Assembly (NCBI GenBank): GCA_965637545.1 | Contig: OZ281498.1 | Span: 16,368,001-16,432,000 of the forward strand | DNA length: 64,000 nt | Source: Phallusia mammillata | Lineage: Eukaryota | Direction: 5' to 3' | Part shown: one piece after another, positions 52,562 through 63,515 of the stretch | Layout of the letters: every line of letters begins with the position of its first letter | Numbering within the stretch: position 1 is the first letter of the stretch | The notes under the pieces: generated by a model | Database searches by the model: none | What the model saw: only the letters and a program-made list of their open reading frames with translations | Told to the model about the DNA's origin: nothing | Position numbers and translations under genes: made by a program

Positions 52562-53760
52562 ATTTAAGTTAACCCCACCAGCAATTTAGGTCCCACCTCG
52601 ACGAGGGGTATTTTCCGTTTGTGGGGACCGCCGTGCTGGGCTCCTGGTGTGACGTCACAACGCCAGACAGACGTTATGTGTACGTCGGGGCAGACGAAGG
52701 CCGTCAAACGCATCCATCTTGAGCGGCGTTTCGATTCGAAAGAAAAGGCAAAAAAACGTTGCCCCAGGTCCGTTACTCCTCCAGGGAAAAGCCGAGAAAC
52801 CGAGATTTTCTCGCCGTGTGACACCTGTCGGTATGTGCTGTGTCAGTTCAGGACAAGATGCATCCGATAATAATAATCAAACGAAAGCTTAGCTTCCACT
52901 TATTCTCATGAGTCAACGCAATGTGAAAGCGTAGCCGTGCTGAAAAAGCTGAAAAGACCACCAAGCAGTGTCCGAAGGGATCAGTTAAGCAATTTGAGAC
53001 CAACTACAGAAAGCGATTTATCAACACAGGCACGAAAGGTAAACCTGATGCAAGAAGTGCAGAGAATAAAGTTGGCGTTAGGTTCCTTTTATATATTTTT
53101 CTCAACTACCGGATTTCCCCGTTTTCAAACTAACAGTATGCAAGGCAATGCGGTTATGTCTGTAGCCTATAGCTCTTTCTCGGCTCTAAAACAAGCGAAA
53201 GACAGCCGGTAGCCGGTTTAGGAAAGGTGTGTGAGTAGTGATGAAATACCACTTTTCTGCCATGTGAGAAATGATAGTAAAGCAGAAAACTCACTTAAGA
53301 TTTTTTTCCTCTTTTTTTCTTGTTGTTATTTTAGGTGCAGCTATAGTTGTTTTAGTACCCTTCCCGTTCTTCTGTGCTAGCTCCTACGTCGGTGTCTTAT
53401 TTTTTGCCTTCGTGTTCGGTTTTGATGCGTGGTGCTCTAAGAAAAAGGGAGGTCTGCTTCGCTGTGCGGCGCTGAACGAGACGGCCGGTCATTTAAACCG
53501 CACCGCGCGCGTTCAGCAGCGCCGCTTAGCGGTATGGGCGACAAAGGCACGCGTACCGCATAAAAACAGTCGCCGGTCTCTCACGTGTCTTTGATAATAA
53601 TTAATCGATCCGGCGCACAAAACGAAGACTTCTGCGACAGAGACTCTCATCATGCGCTTATTTCGCCGCCTTTCAGTGTGTCTGTGAGCTGTCAAGACCC
53701 CAGGGGGCAGTATTTCTGCAAGATCTCATTTTTTTTCCGAGAAAGAAGAAATTAATGAGG

Positions 53761-53797
53761 AAAAATGAGGAACGCTTCACGATTTTGCGTGTCATCC
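53761..53797 (-). pseudogene. U6: U6 snRNA 3' fragment (nt 71-107) at the right array junction
   Basis: GGATGACACGCAAAATCGTGAAGCGTTCCTCATTTTT, preceded in U6 sense by non-U6 ...GCAGTC-AAGCGCGA. Confidence 0.95.
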
Positions 53798-54440
53798 TCG
53801 CGCTTGACTGCAACCCATCTTCCCAAAATTTGGAACATTTGGGATTTTAGGGATTCCTATTGGTTCGTTTGCCCCGTGCTCGCTCGACCGTGACCGACAC
53901 TTGCGCGAAACTCAAAATCCAGGTACCTGTGTCAATGAACAGGATTTTGTGCGTTTTTCGCCTTTCTTAGGCCTGAATATCTGTGTTTTTGAAGTAAACT
54001 GTTTGTTTCAAACTGCCAATGCTCAAGAAAAACCTTGATTTTGCCGAGAATACTGCAGACGGGAAACTTTACACTGAGTTTTGTCCCAAGTTGCAGCAGG
54101 TTTCGGTAATTACCGCCAGACGACAATAATCACTTTTTTCTGGCCGCTGCTGATACTTGAGTTGTCAATCAGGAAAGACTTTTTCATGTCACTATCGACA
54201 CTGCACCAAAAAGGTATGTTGCAACAGTTTGTTTGGAAACCCTGTTGGAAGCATGTTTGCTGTATGACTGTATGTTTAGCTTTAGTAGAACTATTGGTTG
54301 TTGTTACAAGATCTGTTCAGACAGTCAAGGTTTTGCCTGTTAATTTGATTTCTAAGATATTGTGATAGAATGTATTTGAACCAGAACTATTACTCGCCAA
54401 TAGAGACATTTCAAAGCAAGGCATTCATTCATACACAGGT
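53798..54440 (+). mobile_element. Putative 5'-end remnant of the same U6-targeting element (right boundary uncertain)
   Basis: Starts with TCGCGCTT fused to U6 nt 71. ATCTTC sits at the same spacing as in U6, and one TTGCCCC motif is present. Only stop-interrupted plus-strand coding-like stretches follow. Confidence 0.45.
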
Positions 54441-54982
54441 ATAAACTTGGTGTTATCCTTTGTTTTGTTAAGTTATCTTATCCTTGTTAAAAATGTAGGT
54501 TTCTAAAATAGACAGGAAAAGTAGTTTTGGTATATGCTTAAGTTTTTATGACAGAAAAATAAGTTTTGGTATGTGCTCAAGAATTTTTTTCTGTTTGCCT
54601 TAGTTTTTAAGTTGTTGCAGACTGAGCTGTGAGTTTTGCTTGTCGCAAGTTATGTTCTTAACACAAAAACAAGTTTTACATCTCTCACTAAATAAGACCA
54701 AGTTTAAATTTACAAAAAATACACACAGCTCATATACTAAAGTACAATATGATATCTTCTAAACATAAAGCTATGGCATATTTTTTAAATTTTATTAAAA
54801 AAAGAATGTAAAAAAATTAAAAAACGATTACAATTATTTGTTTTGGCAACATTTGTTCATGAAAAATTTCACCCGATTAAGTTCTAGCGGCAAATATACA
54901 ACAAGAAAACGAGGAAGATTTGATACAAAATAAATCACAGTTGTTACACATATTTCTTGAAGAGTTTGCAAACGTAAACAGA

Positions 54983-57900
54983 TCAAAGGCACTGATCAAA
55001 TGGAGATCCACCTATGTCGTGAGGTATACAATTTTCACGAAAGCCTTCCAGAAATTCAGTAAACTCTACGACATGCTGGTCAAGCAAGGACGTACTTTCA
55101 GCACCTTCCAGAAAAAAATGCAAACGGGAGTGGGCACTTGAAGCTTTAGAGCATTTTGATATGCAACTTTCGATTTCATCGGCCAGCGCTTGAGAACATT
55201 CCGAAGGCTTGTAGTCAACCGTTGCAAGCTTTAGTTTATCAGAATTGAATTCTTCGTCGTCTTTGCCGATCACCAATGCATACATAATCAACCCCAGAGC
55301 ATCAGCACCGCAATACGATTCTCGCTGTGATTCAGCGTCTAAATCGCCATTAATAATGTTACGGAACTTGAAGCCGCCCACTTTGCAGCGCGCGTTCCGC
55401 GTCACGAATACGTCATCGACAGTGATGTCACCAATGACAAGTTGCGGAGCGGATTGAAGAAAAACGAAGGCGGATGCAACGTCGACGCAAAACCGTGTGC
55501 GCAGTAATACCGGAAAGTAGGGCGCCTCTGCCGGAAGTTGTGAGGCGACATTGAAATAATCAATATCGTCAATATATTCCATAACTGCTCCCAGTGAACC
55601 AGGCCATGAGGTGTATCCAAACACTTTCACCACGCTGTCGTGAGTTTTCAGGTAGAACTTCTCCATTCCTTTCATGATTCTATGACAAAAACATATTCAT
55701 AAAGTTAAAAAAACGTGTTTAAGCATTTTTTAATTTTTTTGTGCTGGTGCACAATGACCAGTTTCATTCATTTGGAATGATGCAAAAAATTCGTTTTTTC
55801 GCTTTCAACGTTTCTCGTAAAAGAATATTTTAAGTATAACGACTTAAAGCATTGTTGTTCTTGGTGATTTTTGATCTGTTTGTAGCCGTATTGATAAAAT
55901 GAAACAATTCTTACAAGACTTACTGTTTCATTAGTTCGTCGCCAATCTTGTGGATTCCTTGAGTTTGGTAATATTTCACCGCCACATAACCATGCAGATT
56001 ATTCCAAGCTTTCTTCACAAATGAGAAAAAGCCAGTTTCCAATCGATTACGACTGGTTGGTAATTCATTTGGTGGAAAATATGGAAGTGTCGTCTGCAGA
56101 ACAGGGACAGTTTTAAAGCTTGTTAAGATAGAAAGATGTTACTAGGATCCTTTGAATAAAACACTGACCGCGTTTTTAAGCGAAACATACGCATATATGA
56201 ATGACCGTATTTTTTCTAAAATTTATGACATAGACATTTTTATAATATGTGGAAAATGTTTAAGGCATTAAAATTACAGGAACCCTTTCAAAACAAAGTA
56301 AATTTTATAAAGTGAACAGAGACGGTTCTTAAAAACTAGAAAAGAAAGCAATTTACCTTGATGCCACTGCTTTCAAGCTTGTCATGTTCTGACAATTTCA
56401 TCTTCATGGATTTTAGGTTCTACAACAAAAACAAATCGTTAAAAATGTAAAGTGTTAATGTCACTATTAGGTTTAAGTTAGAGTAGTCTAATGACTGTCA
56501 AAAAGTATGGTTGTATTCTTGGTCAACTCATCAAAGGAGGCAACTCTCTACAGTGGGGAAAAACTTTTCTTATAAGGAAATGAAGACAAAAACGGCCATG
56601 ACGATATTGCTTTAATTTTGTTGGTTCTTGGTAGGGTGACACCATGCCAAGTGCGGTATCTGTACTCGTCCGATATTTAGCTGTGTCGGATTAAACGCCT
56701 ATATCCTTTGCCACAATAAAGTCATTTGACACAAACTTTCTCGTCTGGTTAGGACGTTTAATGCTCCATCTTCTTTGAGAACACATATAAGTCGTGTCGA
56801 AAGAACGATTTGGTGAATCAGCAATTTTAACTACGATTCAGTCTATTTAAGTAATTTGTTTTGGAGGAGTAAAAACGTACGGTTTAAAAAAACGTTAAAT
56901 CGACTCACTTGTCAAATATGGCGTTGTTAAGTTATTGCGCCTCAACTGAGCTAGACTACCATGGATCAAGTTTGGGCCGTTACAGTGTTTTACAAACGCA
57001 CACTAAACACCGCTTTTTATTGGGCAATGCAAACCTACATAACAACAGCAGCTAAAAGTTGCTACAAGCAACACAAGGGCTTTTCGTATGCGTGAATTTT
57101 CTAGAAATAATTTAGTCTGCACAGCAAGCAAACAAATTGACGTGTTACCTGCTGAAGTTGGAAGATCTCTTTGTACTTTTTCCAGTAAAAGGAAAAATTC
57201 TCATTCTCCATGTTGCAATTCAATTCCGTGCTCTCAGAGGCTTCTTCGAGAGATGATCGGTTTCGTTGCTCACAATCCCCCACACTAACAGCTTCCTTTA
57301 TCTAAAACAGTAAATTCGGTGGTCGCCAAATGTTTAAAGAGAGATTTAGTTTGCCACAAACATACACTTAGTTTTACATGAAGCTCTTAATAAAAAGGTC
57401 ACATCGTCAAAGTTAAAATAGGTAAATATTAGGGATGGGCCGAGCCGAGCCAGAACCCGAGTACTCGGTACCGAGCATTGCGGTTTTTAATGCTCGGTGT
57501 TCGGCCGAGCAATTACACAAACTGACCCGAGCGTTAAATTTGCATACTCATGCCCTGTCAACATATGTAACTATTGTTGTAAAGGGTGTCTATTAGGGAT
57601 GTGCCAAAACTGCAAATGTTCTGTTTGGTCGAGCACCGAGCATTAAAGTGAGATGCTCGGTGCTCGACCAAACAGAACATTTGCAGTTTTGGCACATCCC
57701 TAGTAAATATTGTCAAAGAGTATGTATTGGCGGCCATTAATACAAAAAAAAAATCTCCCAGACCACGAAAGTGTAAAGGTAGAGACATGTCTAGGCTTAT
57801 TTTGCGACAATATTTCTAACTGAATAATGGATTGGAAACGCAAATTCGACAGAAGCAGTTAAAACACTTTTTGAATACACATTGTTGCGTTTGTGAATTT

Positions 57901-58783
57901 ACAGAATAATCGAAAAACAATACTCCCCGTATTTGAATTACCTAATTCTCTTTCTTGGAAACAATTTCTATTTAGTAATTCGTTTATTTTGTTTGAAATA
58001 AGCAATCATACAAGAACCTAGAATTTAATAAAAAAAGACAGCCCTAACAGCAAAACGAAAAATTATAAAAAAAACATGCCGGAAAACTAAAAAAAGGTTG
58101 TACCCCAGAATCCATTGCCTCCTTATAAACTTCCAGGACTTGGTTTTCACGTTCTTGTCTACCTTCATTTTTCTGCATCTAAAAAATCACAAAATGTTGT
58201 AGGTGCGAATAATAGTAAAGAGTGCAATGGTGTGATGTACATTTCACATACATTTCGATGATGTAAAAATATATATAAAGTGCAAAGCTTGTGTTAGCTA
58301 TAACTAGATTTAAAACAAAACATACTTCATAAACAGACAGAAAAAAATCTCGTTCCAAAGCAACTTTTTCACTAAATGCTTCCTCCATCGATAATCGTAA
58401 ATATGCTTTGGACCAAAATGAAGAATTTTTAAGTGATTTTTTAGCCTGCTCCACACATTTCTTGTGCTGTTCCTCAAATGGTCGATTGTTGGTTTTTAGA
58501 GCTTCCTGAAATGTGTTTAACAAAAACGTTTCTTAACTTGTATTATCTTATTGATTTTCACAATTTAAATATCTGTTAGAAATACTGTTTTTTTCCCAAT
58601 AATAAGACATAAATAGTATGTCATGAATATTTATTTGGTTATAAAATCTGTTACTTGCATAAACATCAATTTGTTAGATACTTATTTGGTAGAAGACATG
58701 CTTGTAGAGTCTAAACAGGAACAAACCTTCATCTTGCAAAAATAGTCTTCTGCCGCTGCAATGAGAATGCCAAGCATTTTTTT
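54983..58783 (-). CDS. Helical-bundle plus RIPK/MLKL-type pseudokinase. In-frame exons approx. 58783-58727, 58508-58329, 58189-58115, 57291-57139, 56420-56358, 56093-55924, 55680-54983
   Basis: Spliced: KKMLGILIAAAEDYFCKMKEALKTNNRPFEEQHKKCVEQAKKSLK (atlastin/GBP 3HB-like), then LETGFFSFVKKAWNNLHGYVAVK (subdomains I-II), AVMEY, VIGDITVDDVFV (HRD lost) and CKVGGFKFR (DFG replaced by GFK). Exon phases are compatible. Confidence 0.78.
57430..57702. mobile_element. hAT-type MITE containing a 109-bp perfect fold-back
   Basis: Ends TAGGGATG / CATCCCTA; exact TSD GTAAATAT at 57422-57429 and 57703-57710; 50-bp arms with a 9-nt loop at 57594-57702. Confidence 0.88.
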
Positions 58784-58974
58784 CTGCAACAAAACAGTAG
58801 TTTCATTACCATCGAAAAATGTTTGTGACTAAATTTTTTGCTTCTTGGGAATTGAGTCTCAACATCAAGTATGTATTTTCAAAGCATTAAAAGTGATATT
58901 GGGGAAAAAAATCAACAAAAAATTAGAAAGGTGGCTTTCTGATATACTTCCATTTTATATATTCTATACGACAT

Positions 58975-60684
58975 TTACCAATTTACTATACACATCATTT
59001 GATCTACATATATGATTGTTTTTGCAAGCAAAAACAGATGGGTCCCCACATGCGCGTTTTACGGATTTAACGTCCTGGTTATTTTTAGATTCTTAAGAAA
59101 AAACTTAACCAACTTTAGCAATAACTCAGCTTTAAAAGTTTTGTCCGTATTCTTTTTGCATCATTATTGTCATATAATTACAAAAAAACAGTACATAAGA
59201 ACGGGAAAAATACTTTTAATTTAATCTCATGCTTTGACCTTGATATTGTCGTTCAAGGTCAGTTTTTAACACAATTTTCCACAACTGAAAATGTGCTTGA
59301 TACTTAATAAAACGACATAGCATAGCTGCGCAAAAACAGCTGATTTCTAATCACTGAAACGACTGTCTCGTAAAACGTCTGTCCGGACGTCAAGCTGAGC
59401 AATCCCGCTGCATTCACCCGCCTTAATCGTAAACAAGTGAATTACTCCCTTGAGAGTTGAGACTTCTATCTGACTGACAGTGTACACATATTATAGGCTG
59501 TAAAAGTAACTATTTGGCCGATTAAGACAAAATTTTAAGTACTGAACAAATAACCTACTGCAAACAATTGTTTAACATTTTAGCACATTATGGCTTGTAT
59601 TTTTGGCCTAAAACTTATTATTTGGGGGTTTAAGGGGAAAAATGGGTGAATCCAATAAAAAGTTACAAATTTTTTTAGAATACCTTACATTGCACCAACC
59701 AACAAACCATGAAACTCTCAGATTATGTACTTTAGTCAGTACAGCCGTTTTTAATTTTTTTTTGGGGGGGGGGGGGGGGGGGCTGTGGGTGAACCACTAG
59801 GTCGTTTGGGGTCAAACTTCAGGAGGATCAAATTTGGAACATTAACTAACATCTGTGCAAATTTCAATAAATTTAAAGCACTCTTTCTTGACCAAACGCA
59901 TTTAACAAACCAGCGTTAGACAGAAATGAATATTTGGGGGTTTAAGGGGTGAAAATGGGTGAATCGAAAAAAAGATACAAAATTCTTTGAAATTTCTTAT
60001 ATTGCACCAAACAACAAAGCATATCACACAGAGATGCTGTACTTTATCAACAAAATTTTCAGCTCTTCCGGCAGTTTTTTATTCTACTGTGCCAACGTTT
60101 CGATGTCCCATACGAAACACCTTCATCAGGGTAATGACATACATTGCAAACACAAGTTATTATAAAGCGAAAAGGGCGGCGAAACACACACAAAAAAGGC
60201 GGTAGAAAAAACGCAATGCGCACCAATGGTCGTGTGATAACACCTGGCTTTTTTGTGTGTGTTTCGCCGCCCTTTTCGCTTTATAATAACTTGTGTTTGC
60301 AATGTATGTCATTACCCTGATGAAGGTGTTTCGTATGGGACATCGAAACGTTGGCACAGTAGAATAAAAAACTGCCGGAAGAGCTGAAAATTTTGTTGAT
60401 ACGTTATGCCTGGCAGCAACAGTGTATTCATGCTGTACTTTAGTCAGTACAGCCGTTTTTAAAAAAATACGTTTTGGGGGCCTGTGGGTGAACCACTGGG
60501 TCAATCGGGGTCAAACTTCAGGAGGATCAAATTTGGATTATTAACTAACATCTCTGTAAATTTGAATAAATTTGGAGCACTCTTTCTTGACCATACACGT
60601 CTCACAAGCCAGCGTTAGACAGAAAAAAGAAAAAAAAAATACGGACAAAAACAATATGTGTCCCCTTCAGGGAAGGGGACCCAT
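58975..60684 (-). mobile_element. Second copy of the 2115-3430 dispersed element, interrupted by a Penelope-like insert
   Basis: Reverse-complement similarity to 2115-3430, including the GGGGACCCAT end. Confidence 0.75.
60047..60429. mobile_element. Penelope-like inverted pLTR remnant with hammerhead-ribozyme motifs
   Basis: 153-bp inverted arms (60046-60198 / 60248-60400). Each arm has CCCTGATGAAG-[GTGTTTC GTAT GGGACAT]-CGAAACGTTGG. Flanked by a 13-bp direct repeat ATGCTGTACTTTA. Confidence 0.7.
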
Positions 60685-60722
60685 AATTACATCACAAGAT
60701 GCAACTCATCAAACACTGTTTT

Positions 60723-61279
60723 CATGGGCGTCCGCAGGCAAAAATACAGGGGAGGGCAAACTATCGTCACATCGCTGTTCGATAAACGGTATTTCCGAAC
60801 AAAAATCATCTGACAGTGATACTCTTTCTTGCCAATTCCAATGTAGCAAAGTAGTGCAATAAACACAATATCAACTATTACGGTAATATGTGGAAGGTTG
60901 GCAAACGATTTTTAACGGAAGTAGGATTTACATACACGAACCTTATCAGATGTAACAACAGATACAGTGAAGGTATCACATAATGGCTTTTTGACACATC
61001 CATCAATGACGTAATAATATGCTTGTTACCGAGCTATTGTTAAGTAATAATGTTCGATTCATTTAATCTGTTGTAAAAACTCATCCTGTTCTGTTACAGT
61101 TACAGCTTGTATTCAGTGCGTTTAACGGGGTGGAGACCCACGATGTCTTCAGTTTACGTTCCAGGAATAGTTTTTGTATAACACTGTGTGAATGTTTATG
61201 GTGTTTTGTTTTAAGATGCGAATTTTGCGACAGTTTGCGTTTTCTTTTTTCCAGGGGGGGGCACATGCGGACGCCCATG
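60723..61279. mobile_element. hAT-type MITE
   Basis: TIRs CATGGGCGTCCGCA / TGCGGACGCCCATG; exact TSD ACTGTTTT at 60715-60722 and 61280-61287. Confidence 0.88.
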
Positions 61280-61395
61280 ACTGTTTTGCCATAACTAGCA
61301 AGTTTCAAATCAAATATGTTTCAATGAAGCAATGATTTGAAAAAGGGCAGTACACAAAGTTTTGGAATAAGAAATGAAGTTTTCTTTGCTCTTAC

Positions 61396-63515
61396 TTTGT
61401 CCAAGGCTTCTTCTTTGATTATAAGCAACAATTTGTTGTTTTCGGCTTCAATTGCCACTTCTAAGCTTTTCTGAGCAGGTTGGAAGCCTTCCCATAACAG
61501 CTCTTCACTAGTGCAACTTTCTTTAAACTGTTTCAGCACATCAGCTGAAATTTCAGCATGGCCCTCCTTACGTGCTCTTTCACTCCTTCCTGCTTCACAG
61601 AATTTCTGAATGTCAAAATTTTAGGATTAGTTTTTGTTTAAAAATGTTTTTATTCAAAAAGTTGATAATAGAAGTTTAATAAACAACCTGCTGTTATTGG
61701 TACACAGGCTTGAAATTAGTAAGATCTGGTGCCTTGATATGTTGGATTGTACAACAACAATAGATGTCAGTAAAGTTGCAAACTTTTTTCTTTTAATATT
61801 GCTTCTGTATTTTTAGGCTGCTAAGTATGGAACATACATTTAAATTGTTATGATGTCATAAGTGTTGAAAAGTTGAGAAGTACTGACTATACAGTAGTAT
61901 CTTGCGCATGCAAAAAACACTTCACAATATTAAACACATGTAAAATGTTTTACATTACCCTAAAGAGTTTTGCATATTCAGTGGAAAAATGTTCCACCTT
62001 CTTCTCGAAATGTCCTTCCAAAAATTGCTGCACAAATACACAGAGCACACAAAATTGCATTAACACCAATCATATTAAAAACAAATGTTAATGCTTTCAC
62101 ACAGAGATCACATGTTCAGCATTTGATTTACCTCGTTTTTGTTGTTTCTTTCAATCATATGGCCTTTTAAAAAATTGAAACTGTCCAGCATTTTTTCATC
62201 AAAAGCATCCATCTTGTTGACATCTTCACCACAAACAGTTCCAGCATGCAACCTGAAAAACTTGACACCTTCCCTTTTTGCTGCCTTGTCCTTTTCTGCA
62301 AAGGTCTTTTTAGAAATCCAGACTTCTGTAGCTTTCTGCAAAGAGATTTTTTGTTCAGAAACTGAAATTTACTGCTCCGGTTGATCACTTATGCTATTGC
62401 TATGCCAAGTAAAACCTTGTTTGCTCTAGAAACATCTTAAACAGAGTAGAGGTGCATAAGTATAAATAAGGGGATAACCAGTTACTTGTTTATCATCATT
62501 TCAATTTAACACACTGGTTGACTCTAGTTTTTATGTTTTTTTGTCTTAAGTTTAAAGCAAAATTTTAATGCAATTTGATTGCTTTGAAATGTTATTTATT
62601 TTTGACATTCAACGTTTTTTTTTTTGCCAATTTCAAACATTGCTACCTATAACTGCTTAAATTGTAATATTGGTTTAATCATTTGGTTAATTTAATAAAT
62701 ATATATTTTTATATGTATGCCAAAAGGAATAAAACCATTTATGTGCCTATTTAGAATGAATAAAGGAGGTGTGTAAAGAAGTAAAACTGACCGACAACTA
62801 GTGATGGGACGGGTACCCGGTACTCGGTACTCGGTATCGATGGTATCGAACGATTTCAGTGGTATCGATACTCGTACTCGGTATCGAAATATTTTGCCTC
62901 AGTTTTCGATACCAACGTGCGAATACCGAAGGCCGATTTACACCATAAGAATACGGGCAACTTTATGCCAATATTTGCTTCGGACAGCACAAAATTGGAA
63001 AAAAGTTCCGCCAGTTTACGTATATCTTTTTCGCTATCATGTGGAGATTACATTTTTTGGCATGTGTGTGTGCACGCCTGTACCCCGACCATGGCAGATA
63101 AATTAGCCAGTGATATACAACTAAGCACAACACTACACCTAAGTACTCGGTAATCGTACTCGGTACTCGGTATCGAAGGTATATACATGTGGTACTCGTA
63201 CTCGGTATCGGTACTCGCTTCAAAACCTGGTATCGTCCCATCACTACCGACAACAGCTATTCTGTAAATGAGTCCACAAACTGACATAAGTGCAAACTGA
63301 AATTTATTTTTGCTTTAGATTGATTGATTATATCAGAAGTGCTTATAGTTCATTTGTGTTAAAAATCCCCCAAAAAATATTTTAATTTCTGTCAGCAACT
63401 TTATGACCATGCAACAAAATAGGAAAAACAAAAAACATATTTTTACCTGCATTGCTCTTTCATATACTTTAGCAGATGCCATGCTTATTTTGTAAAGTTC
63501 ATCTATGATGTTGGT
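61396..63515 (-). pseudogene. Upstream atlastin/GBP-like helical-repeat exons of the pseudokinase gene, apparently with coding lesions; gene probably continues beyond the window
   Basis: Exons TNIIDELYKISMASAKVYERAMQ (63515-63447) and ..AKREGVKFFRLHAGTVCGEDV..HMIERNNKNE (ends about 62131) align by eye with atlastin ATAKDTYNKKME / EESVKLFRGVKKMGGEEF..IKHNDSKN. There is an in-frame TAA near 62370 and a frame break near 61770 under my exon picks. Confidence 0.5.
62799..63246. mobile_element. hAT-type MITE with GGTACTC/GGTATCG subterminal repeats
   Basis: TIRs TAGTGATGGGAC / GTCCCATCACTA; exact TSD CCGACAAC at 62791-62798 and 63247-63254. Confidence 0.9.

Larger units (their letters stand above)
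32812..53797 (-). repeat. Tandem array of 16 units (1306 or about 1316 bp), each carrying a U6 snRNA gene; register starts and ends inside U6
   Basis: U6 +1 positions: 32875, 34181, 35497, 36813, 38129, 39435, 40751, 42067, 43373, 44689, 46004, 47320, 48634, 49940, 51255, 52561. The two length classes differ by a 10-bp GCTGTGCGGC duplication. Confidence 0.98.

Noticed and set aside
32878-53695. Dozens of repeated 60-107 aa ORFs (MSHGEK.., MWGPP.., MLKKLK.., MIVKQK..) in the array
   Set aside because: They overlap on both strands, show no recognisable domains or splice structure, and are broken by single-base indels in some units. They are by-products of the U6 repeat unit.
32812-53797. CRISPR array, rDNA or 5S array, or satellite interpretation
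   Set aside because: Units are 1.3 kb and near-identical with no variable spacers; the only recognisable RNA is U6.
59763-59782. Run of about 20 G as a G-quadruplex element
   Set aside because: The sister copy at about 2620 has only GGCCCCC/GGGGGCC; likely homopolymer expansion or sequencing error.
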